A DNA stretch of 64,000 bases, from IMG/VR virus record IMGVR_UViG_3300028840_003366. One strand, 5' to 3'. Source of the DNA: an uncultured virus (IMG/VR IMGVR_UViG_3300028840_003366) (lineage: Duplodnaviria; Heunggongvirae; Uroviricota; Caudoviricetes). The translations under genes and the position numbers were made by a program. Below are positions 56,979 through 64,000 of the stretch, piece after piece (position 1 is the first letter of the stretch; each line of letters begins with the position of its first letter). A model generated the notes under the pieces. It made no database searches and was not told where the DNA came from. It worked only from the letters and a program-made list of their open reading frames with translations.

Positions 56979-57644
56979 TCATGGTTCAATAGCCTTAAAT
57001 TCAAATGATTCAAGATGATCAATTGTTGATATCCATTTTCCATCTTTGAAATCACAACCTATATTATAGATAGCGTCTTTCTCAACAATGGACATTTTTC
57101 TTCCTGGACAATCTGTGGGCAGTTCTCCCTTAGCTCCTCTACAGATTTCACAATATCCCAGTTCATCATTGCCTGGTACTGGGATTATTTTGTGTTTCAA
57201 TCTTTCTTCCTTTGATTTTCTAATCACATTTATTTTCAATATCATTTTTGGAACATCATCATGCTTCTCTGTTATGGAAACTCTTGTTAGGTTTCCTACA
57301 ACTTCTCCAGTATTTTTGATGATGGGAATTATGAATCCATCTTGGTCTATAAAATCCAATGCTTGCTCACCACGTTCTTTGACAGCTTTGCGAAATGCTT
57401 CCATCTGTTTATCATTTATTATCTTCATTTTTTCTTCCTTTAATAAAGGACACCATTGAGGACATAATTCATTTTCATCTATATCTATCTTTCGTCCATC
57501 TGCAAGATTACAATAGTATTCCCAATAGTAATCGCTATGATCATTTGTCATGTGTTCTTCTGGGGATTCATATACACATTCATCACAGCAAGGAATCTTC
57601 ATATTTTGCCCGCCAAAAGTCTTCGCCCATATTCGCCAATGCAC
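56979..57644 (-). CDS. Hypothetical Cys-containing protein
   Basis: CEICRGAKGELPTDCPG; start uncertain. Confidence 0.5.
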   Translation of the reverse strand: MHWRIWAKTFGGQNMKIPCCDECVYESPEEHMTNDHSDYYWEYYCNLADGRKIDIDENELCPQWCPLLKEEKMKIINDKQMEAFRKAVKERGEQALDFIDQDGFIIPIIKNTGEVVGNLTRVSITEKHDDVPKMILKINVIRKSKEERLKHKIIPVPGNDELGYCEICRGAKGELPTDCPGRKMSIVEKDAIYNIGCDFKDGKWISTIDHLESFEFKAIEP

Positions 57645-58087
57645 ATGGCATCAGCTAATCCATCTGAATCTTTTTTACTCCTAGGCGTAGGTAGCAGGTT
57701 GATCTTAGGCCAAAGTCTTTTTGCTACAATGATACTTGCTTCCTTTGACTTCGGTGTATCTTTACAGATCACTTTCTTCCATGTTTTAGGATGAACAAGA
57801 GTGTAAGGAAGAAATAGTCCACAACAAATACCTCTGAGAATTCCCCATCCAGTTCCATAGTTGAACATGCTGACACCACCTTGCTTTGGCATCGCTTGGG
57901 CTTTCTCAATAAATACATGTTCAATTTTTGTTTTGTAATTATATAGATAATCACGTATACCATTTTCATCTAGCATATTTTTTGTCTTTGTCATTTTGAG
58001 AGTGGGAACAGGGATCACCTTTACTTTCTTCTTGCCAATAAAAGCAATAGCACCTTTCAGTCCTGGATCAATGCCTACAATGATCAT
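57599..58087 (-). CDS. RuvC-like Holliday junction resolvase
   Basis: GIDPG, FIEK, P..WKK, DGLADA. Confidence 0.88.
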   Translation of the reverse strand: MIIVGIDPGLKGAIAFIGKKKVKVIPVPTLKMTKTKNMLDENGIRDYLYNYKTKIEHVFIEKAQAMPKQGGVSMFNYGTGWGILRGICCGLFLPYTLVHPKTWKKVICKDTPKSKEASIIVAKRLWPKINLLPTPRSKKDSDGLADAMCIGEYGRRLLAGKI

Positions 58088-58950
58088 CCTCTCTTCCTCA
58101 CTATTGTCTTCCTTTTTCTTCTGAAAAATAATCGTTTGATTTCTTCCTTTGTTGCCGCAGGTCTGCTCCATGTTCTGGCAAATTTCTTCCACTTAGGATC
58201 TTGTTCACCTTTCTTATTCATATATAGCATAGCAAAAGGTAGGAAGCCTAATTTCCAAACAGCCAACATTCTTTTCAATGCTTTGTCTGTTGTATCATCT
58301 GGATATCCAACTAATACATAACAACGCATATGTCCGTAAGTAAATGCTGCATAGTGCAAAAGCTTTGAGGCTTCTCTTAATGGTTCATAATCATCTGGTG
58401 TATCATAAGCAAAAAACATTTGAGAAGGTCGAAGGTTCCATAATAATTCTACATGCCAATGTTTTAGTAATTTGGCTTCTAAACCTCCAGTAAATACTAT
58501 TGAATTTCCTTTTTCTTTCTGTCTTGATAACATTTTGAAAACATCTTCTATATGTTTTCTACTACAAGCTAGTAAATTATCATCTAATACATTCCATCCG
58601 TTTGTGATCGGATATTCTTTCAAATCTCCACTGCGTTTCCATACATCACAGAACCAACATTTATTTGGACATCCTCTGCTTGTAATAACATACCCTTTTT
58701 TGAGATACATTCCAGGTTGAAATTCTCCTCCTGGATTATCATATGCTGGTTTAACTGGAGCGATTTTTCCCCATGACTTTGCCAATTTATTCTCAGCAAA
58801 TTTTTTATCACCAGTAAAAGTCACACTGATATGGATTTCTTCAAAATCCATTTCACGTTCAATCAGACTAGGCATTCCAACAAAAGCTAAATTATCATCT
58901 GGTGTTGCATTGGTTTTTCTAGGAAAGACTCTAGCTATTTTGTTAGTCAT
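58084..58950 (-). CDS. Radical SAM protein
   Basis: TSRGCPNKCWFC (CxxxCxxC), LDDNLL, YVLVGY. Confidence 0.85.
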   Translation of the reverse strand: MTNKIARVFPRKTNATPDDNLAFVGMPSLIEREMDFEEIHISVTFTGDKKFAENKLAKSWGKIAPVKPAYDNPGGEFQPGMYLKKGYVITSRGCPNKCWFCDVWKRSGDLKEYPITNGWNVLDDNLLACSRKHIEDVFKMLSRQKEKGNSIVFTGGLEAKLLKHWHVELLWNLRPSQMFFAYDTPDDYEPLREASKLLHYAAFTYGHMRCYVLVGYPDDTTDKALKRMLAVWKLGFLPFAMLYMNKKGEQDPKWKKFARTWSRPAATKEEIKRLFFRRKRKTIVRKRG

Positions 58951-59840
58951 TTCCGTTTCCTCATCTTGAGCTTGCCTTTGAAAACACCTTTGAAAAAATT
59001 CAGCCATTGTTTTTGTCTACGTGGTTCCAGATAGCTCATGATATTATAATGCTTACAGAATTTGAAAAACATTCTGCTGTTATATTGAGGAGGATGAAAA
59101 GAGAATGGCTTGGTTTTCTTATGGGGAAGGATTGTCAATTTTCCCCATCGTTCAATCTCTTTGTCGCTTGTGACTATGGTCTGATATTTTTTGGTGTGTT
59201 CTGATAGTTTTCCTGTCATGTAGTCAATAGCACTTTTCTCTCCAATCCCTTTCAGACCAGGAACACCATCAGAGTTGCATCCGCCCATGGCTTTGATAGT
59301 CCCCCACCATGCTGGACTAATTCCTTTTTTCTCTGTAAAGGATTTGACATCCAATAGCAGTTCTTTTCCAGGATCATACCATTGGATATATGGAGTGATG
59401 CACTGATACAAATCTCCGTCTGAAGTAATGATGATTCCCTTCTCATCTTTTGCGTTTATTTCTTGAGCAACATAAGCAATCAAATCATCAGACTCAAGAC
59501 CAACCTGCTTGAATACTGGAAATCCTATCTTGGGAAGGATTTTGTTTTTCAGTTTGTTGACCTGCTGATACATGATGCTGATTTGCTGCTGCTCTTCCTC
59601 TGTGCGCTCCTCTTTCCTCTTCTTTTTGTAATCGGGGAAAGCTCTTGCTCTGTAGCTCCTTTTGGAATCAGCAAAGATGAGGACTCTATTGCTACTGATT
59701 ATTGGGTTGGTGCAGATGGAATAGAGTTGTTCAAAGAATCCATACAAAACCCCTACCGGAATATCATCATGCTCCAAATCACCCAGAGCATACCGAGCAC
59801 GGTGGGCAATATATGACAAATCTAGAAGTACCCATTTCAT
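58947..59840 (-). CDS. 5'-3' exonuclease/flap endonuclease (Pol I N-terminal-like)
   Basis: ESDDLI, TSDGDLYQ, SDGVPGLKGIGEKSA (H3TH). Confidence 0.9.
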   Translation of the reverse strand: MKWVLLDLSYIAHRARYALGDLEHDDIPVGVLYGFFEQLYSICTNPIISSNRVLIFADSKRSYRARAFPDYKKKRKEERTEEEQQQISIMYQQVNKLKNKILPKIGFPVFKQVGLESDDLIAYVAQEINAKDEKGIIITSDGDLYQCITPYIQWYDPGKELLLDVKSFTEKKGISPAWWGTIKAMGGCNSDGVPGLKGIGEKSAIDYMTGKLSEHTKKYQTIVTSDKEIERWGKLTILPHKKTKPFSFHPPQYNSRMFFKFCKHYNIMSYLEPRRQKQWLNFFKGVFKGKLKMRKRK

Positions 59841-60067
59841 AGTTCTATGTCCATTAGTTCTTTCTTGCCTTTTTTTGGTAGCAGTTCTTTACTATAGATT
59901 CTTATGAAGGTTTTTGGGGAAAATATTTTGATTGGTTCATAATCATATCCCCACAATCCATTTTGATCTATTTTCAATTTAGGTGGTTTGTTTGGATAAA
60001 TTACAATAGCAGCATCTTCTGAATCGTCTCTGCATGCCCATGCTTCAATCAGTTTGGTTTTACTCAT
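59837..60067 (-). CDS. Hypothetical protein
   Basis: 76 aa; coupled on both sides. Confidence 0.5.
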   Translation of the reverse strand: MSKTKLIEAWACRDDSEDAAIVIYPNKPPKLKIDQNGLWGYDYEPIKIFSPKTFIRIYSKELLPKKGKKELMDIEL

Positions 60068-60789
60068 TCTACAACCTTTCTACTACCATCACTGTACTCA
60101 GCTATCTTGACAATCTCCCAGCATTCAACTTCCTTCATAGGTGCTCCCCAATGTCTTTGCCGCTGAGCAATATCAAAGAAATCTCCAGCAGTAGTGAAGA
60201 GCACATCAATCCTTCCACGTTGTTTCATTCTGTCTCGTGGTACGCTGAGATATGGTTTGATTTTAGGTGAGATATTTCCAAACGGATAATCCTTATTGGC
60301 TCCATTGTACTCAGGAACATGAAACATATACTTATGACGCCAACCCTTATTCGGGAGCCATATCAAGGCTCTATGAAATTCATTCAGTTCAGGAGGAAGA
60401 GCAACAGTATAATGATGACGATTGATTCTACGCTCCTGAATGGGAAGTTGAGTCATATCATCATTTGCATATCTACCATGTCCAGGATCACCGGGATCAT
60501 ATTTGCTGTAGCAGGTGGTCTTCAATGTTCTTGTCCAGCGATAGATTGGTTTATATCTGTAGTCAATGAGGATGGGAGTGGGAGCCACCACAGTCTCTTT
60601 CTGCGTTATGTGATCCGGGGAGGGAGCAGGGGAGGGAATGGCCTTTTGGATTTCAGTTTGTTGTGGCCATTCCATCTGTGGCGGCTCCGTTTCTTTTTTC
60701 ATATCATAATTGAGGCAAACACAAGACCAACCGCATAGTATGGGCAATATCATCCATGATATGGAACGGAAGTGTGCGAGCTTTTTCAA
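60064..60789 (-). CDS. Exported 3D-domain-like (MltA-related) putative peptidoglycan-active protein
   Basis: N-terminal hydrophobic segment, Pro-rich linker, TTCY..., TVA, DR...RIDV, WG. Confidence 0.55.
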   Translation of the reverse strand: MKKLAHFRSISWMILPILCGWSCVCLNYDMKKETEPPQMEWPQQTEIQKAIPSPAPSPDHITQKETVVAPTPILIDYRYKPIYRWTRTLKTTCYSKYDPGDPGHGRYANDDMTQLPIQERRINRHHYTVALPPELNEFHRALIWLPNKGWRHKYMFHVPEYNGANKDYPFGNISPKIKPYLSVPRDRMKQRGRIDVLFTTAGDFFDIAQRQRHWGAPMKEVECWEIVKIAEYSDGSRKVVE

Positions 60790-61889
60790 TATCTATTCTT
60801 TCTATCCAGACTACAGGCTTGCCTGATTTCTCTCCAGCATCTGCCAGCTGTGACTTGAAGCTCTTTGTACAAATTGTTTTCTTCAATATGCTTTATCAAC
60901 TTATCCCTTGAGAGAACAACATCAAACTCTTTAGCAACTATCTTTTTTCCTTGCAGGCTCCACCATTTTTCTTCAATAAGATAGTCAATGCAGGAACCAA
61001 TATCGTCAATGCCATAAGATGGGAATATATCCATCTTTGATTCATGCAACTCACCAGTGATGCGATTCTTTTTCACCTTGAGGTTGATGTGAACACCTAT
61101 TTGTCTAGTCTTTCCCTTGACCGTCTTTTTGATTTTCCCTGTGATGCTACTCCAAATCTCTATGGTGGCATAGAAAGTGAGTGACCTTCCACCTGACCTG
61201 GTTTTCTTCTCGAAACCAAAACCAATGTTATCCCTTGTCTGAGATATGACGATGAGGATTGAACCACTCTTTTTCAACTTGTGGACAGCCCTTCTCATAT
61301 TGTCACTGTTCTTTCTTGCCTTCTGCGTTCCATAGCTCCCTGATACCGTTTTCCCTTTTTCGTGAGCTTCCTTTTCCTCTTCAAACTTGGTGCTCTCAGC
61401 CTCACTATCCAATCCATCCATGCTATCTAGAATATAGATGAATGGTTTATTGTCTTTGATTGCATTGTCCAGATTATAATAGAACTCCTCAATCAGCATC
61501 GAATAGATTGGACTTCCATCTGCATCTTTCCTTGGCGGTTCAACTCTCTTTGCAACTTCTTTGTTGAAGAGTTTCTCCAAGTCAATGTTCATTCCATCCT
61601 CTACGTTGTCATATATTAGCCGGTAGTTCTTGAAGGATGGATGGCGAAGGGCTTCTGCAAAGCAAGTCATTGAAAGGAATGTTTTTCCACTGGCCGAATC
61701 ACCAACAAGAAAATAGTATTTCCCCTTGGTGAATGCTCCAAAGGGATTATTGGTACACGCCAGATTCAAAAGTGTTGAACCTGATGAGAGTATATTTTTG
61801 GTTTTTATTTTCTCTTTCTTTTTCTTCTTTGGCTTTCTGTTTGCTGCTTCTGTTATTTGTGCTGTCATCTTTTTCTTCAGTTTGACCAT
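60786..61889 (-). CDS. RecA/UvsX-like recombinase
   Basis: GDSASGKT, ILDSMD, ISQTRD, SGGRSLTFYA, KKNR. Confidence 0.9.
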   Translation of the reverse strand: MVKLKKKMTAQITEAANRKPKKKKKEKIKTKNILSSGSTLLNLACTNNPFGAFTKGKYYFLVGDSASGKTFLSMTCFAEALRHPSFKNYRLIYDNVEDGMNIDLEKLFNKEVAKRVEPPRKDADGSPIYSMLIEEFYYNLDNAIKDNKPFIYILDSMDGLDSEAESTKFEEEKEAHEKGKTVSGSYGTQKARKNSDNMRRAVHKLKKSGSILIVISQTRDNIGFGFEKKTRSGGRSLTFYATIEIWSSITGKIKKTVKGKTRQIGVHINLKVKKNRITGELHESKMDIFPSYGIDDIGSCIDYLIEEKWWSLQGKKIVAKEFDVVLSRDKLIKHIEENNLYKELQVTAGRCWREIRQACSLDRKNRY

Positions 61890-61955
61890 TTGCTTTCTTC
61901 CTAAAATACAGGGGTGGGACAAAATGCCCCACCCCCTTTATACAATCATTCCTCC

Positions 61956-63170
61956 TTACTCTTCATCCTCATCGTCAAAATCTTCTTCTTCATCCTCATC
62001 GTCAAAATCTTCTTCTTCATCCTCATCGTCAAAGTCATCTTCCTCTTCTTCGTTTTCGTCTATGTCATCCTCTTCGTCTTCGTCTTCGTCTTCGTCCTCA
62101 TCATCAAAATCTTCCTCCTCATCTTCATCGTCAGGAAGATAGCCTTTGCCTTTACATGGGACACATTTCTTACCCTTTGAGGATTTGCCAGAGCCTTCAC
62201 AAGCTACACATTCAATCATCCCTTCAGGGATTTCATCTTCCTCGTCGTCTTCATCCTCGTCGTCTTCGTCCTCGTCGTCCTCTTCGTCAAAGTCTTCCTC
62301 TTCAGGTTCCTCTTCTTTCTTTGATTTTCTTTTGGACTTGGACTTGGACTTGGGTTTCTCTTTTTCTTCCTGTTCCTCATCCTCATCTTCGTCCGTTTCC
62401 CCTTCTCCACCTTCAAGGAACAGTGCTTCAATCTTTTCAGGAGGAAGAACATTGAGAATGGTATCCAGGTCAACTACTCTTTCCAGAATCTCATCTTCAT
62501 CCATGTCATCCCGTTCCTTGAACTGGATATCAGTAGCCTGAAGATATTTGTTTCCTGCGAAGGTCTTTTCGCTGAACCGAACCCTGATGGTACGTCCACC
62601 ATCTTCACACTGATAGAAATCCAGATGCTCTTCGTTCTCCTCTTCCTGCAGCTCTTCCTTGAGAATGTTGTCAAACTTACCGGAAGACAGAACAAGGACA
62701 GCAATGGTATCAGGATCGTCAGGATGGAGGATATTCATAGCCGTGAACCGCTGACCACGCAACTGCCTGACCACATCCTCATCCTCATCCAGCTTTCTGA
62801 GCCTGTCTGCTTCATCACAGATACAGCATTTCTTGCCGATGGAACGTGGGCAGACCACAGACTGCTCACTCATACCAACTGCATGGTGAACTCTGAACTG
62901 AGTCCTGAACCACAGAACTCCCTTTTCGATTCCCTCTTCAGGATGGTTCTCTGTGGAAACTTCATAGGGAACTATGTCAAGATTGTACCGGCCTTTCTTT
63001 TCAGGAGCCCATACTTCAACACCTTCAGGAAGATTGAACCAATTACCACCTGCTCCCTGGCTTGACATCTTCTGTTTGGTTTCCTCTTTTGACAACCTTC
63101 GTCTGGAGCTTTTCTTTGAACTCTTTTTCACCAACGTCTTTTTCGAACTAGCCTTTTTTCTCTTGGCCAT
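61956..63170 (-). CDS. ssDNA-binding protein (gp32-like) with very long acidic tail
   Basis: VHH..VVCP..CCIC; adjacent to recA; D/E-rich C-terminus. Confidence 0.7.
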   Translation of the reverse strand: MAKRKKASSKKTLVKKSSKKSSRRRLSKEETKQKMSSQGAGGNWFNLPEGVEVWAPEKKGRYNLDIVPYEVSTENHPEEGIEKGVLWFRTQFRVHHAVGMSEQSVVCPRSIGKKCCICDEADRLRKLDEDEDVVRQLRGQRFTAMNILHPDDPDTIAVLVLSSGKFDNILKEELQEEENEEHLDFYQCEDGGRTIRVRFSEKTFAGNKYLQATDIQFKERDDMDEDEILERVVDLDTILNVLPPEKIEALFLEGGEGETDEDEDEEQEEKEKPKSKSKSKRKSKKEEEPEEEDFDEEDDEDEDDEDEDDEEDEIPEGMIECVACEGSGKSSKGKKCVPCKGKGYLPDDEDEEEDFDDEDEDEDEDEEDDIDENEEEEDDFDDEDEEEDFDDEDEEEDFDDEDEE

Positions 63171-63292
63171 TGTTGTGTTTCCTTTCTTTCCATTCTTCAA
63201 TTGACCTCATCACGCCTCTGGTTATCATCCTGGTTGCTATATATAACCAGACCAAGGCAATGACGGCCCAAACAATCAACTCCAAATTTGAT

Positions 63293-63808
63293 TCAACCAC
63301 GCTTTTTCCTTCTCCTTGACCGTTTTGTCATCTCCTCATGCAGTTTTTCTCCTTTCTTCTTTTTGATCTGATCCCAAAATACTTCTGGTGTATGCGCTAT
63401 TTTTGGGCCTGAAAAATATTCCCTTGAATAGAGCTGTACCAGCAGCTCCAACATTCTTTTTCTCATCTCCATTGCATTCTCAGCTTTACCAAGTATGTCA
63501 GCCTCACTCTTGGCTCTGACCATATCTCTATAAGCTGATTCGTATTTGGGGTGTATCAAAATAGCTTCTTTGATTGCATTCTCTATGACTTTGGTGACTC
63601 CAAACATTCTAGGTTTCTCTCGTATCTTTCGTGACAGCTTGGCTTCTACTACATTCAAATGAAGTTTGGACATATCATATGCTTCACGAGCTTCACGAGC
63701 AAGAGAACAATACTTGAAATACAATTCAGGCTGGACAATTGCTTCTGCTTCCAGATTTTCAAGGTCAATGTTCAAGTCTTTCTCAAATTCATTGTTGTTC
63801 ATGCTCAT
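63293..63808 (-). CDS. UvsY-like recombination mediator (putative)
   Basis: Helical 171 aa; position upstream of ssb and recA. Confidence 0.5.
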   Translation of the reverse strand: MSMNNNEFEKDLNIDLENLEAEAIVQPELYFKYCSLAREAREAYDMSKLHLNVVEAKLSRKIREKPRMFGVTKVIENAIKEAILIHPKYESAYRDMVRAKSEADILGKAENAMEMRKRMLELLVQLYSREYFSGPKIAHTPEVFWDQIKKKKGEKLHEEMTKRSRRRKKRG

Positions 63809-63850
63809 TTATCTCCATAGGAATCTCATATTATTATAATTTTTCACGTA

Positions 63851-64000
63851 TTAGAACTCACCATGGACAGCTTCATAGCAAGCCCTAATCAGTCCATTTT
63901 TCTTGCTGTCATAGAATGGATGTTCAAAGCAGGTCAATATGTGAAATATTTTATGGTCTGTTTTCTTCATCAGGATAGCAGAACAATATCCCATAACTGC
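63851..64000 (-). CDS. C-terminus of a probable clamp-loader subunit, truncated
   Basis: Read manually: AVMGYCSAILMK...CFEHPFYDSKKNGLIRACYE; resembles recalled phage DnaX-like C-termini; a clamp is present. Confidence 0.45.
   Translation of the reverse strand, partial: AVMGYCSAILMKKTDHKIFHILTCFEHPFYDSKKNGLIRACYEAVHGEF

Noticed and set aside
1..64000. Integrase, repressor, att sites, tRNA/rRNA or host genes
   Set aside because: None recognised by eye; lifestyle cannot be settled because part of the genome lies outside the window

Overview
The window is most of the genome of a tailed dsDNA phage with siphovirus-type tail genes. No integrase, tRNA, rRNA or CRISPR array is visible. The minus-strand arms (1-18.2 kb and 51.2-64 kb) carry replication, recombination and DNA-modification genes: a split family-A polymerase (UDG4-like/3'-5' exonuclease ORF plus polymerase ORF), a beta-clamp, a probable clamp-loader C-terminus at the right edge, helicase, primase, a DUF4373-type initiator, a SNF2-type helicase, a sigma-like protein, SSB, RecA, a 5' nuclease, RuvC, a split SbcCD, and a full 7-deazaguanine cluster (queC, queD, queE, PRTase-folE, dpdA-like). 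The plus-strand arm (18.4-51.1 kb) holds packaging, head, neck and tail genes, followed directly by a cluster of glycosyltransferases, a methyltransferase and three sulfotransferases. Top observations: (1) a contiguous intein in the helicase whose endonuclease is encoded as an overlapping +1-frame gene; (2) a putative late-operon sulfated-glycan pathway, possibly decorating the virion; (3) a DpdA-like enzyme that seems to lack its N-terminal segment, followed by three mini-ORFs that look like alternative versions of that segment; (4) an HNH intein inside FolE; (5) a dispersed ~90-bp DNA element and several structured RNA leaders. All protein calls come from motif recognition by eye; no database searches were run.
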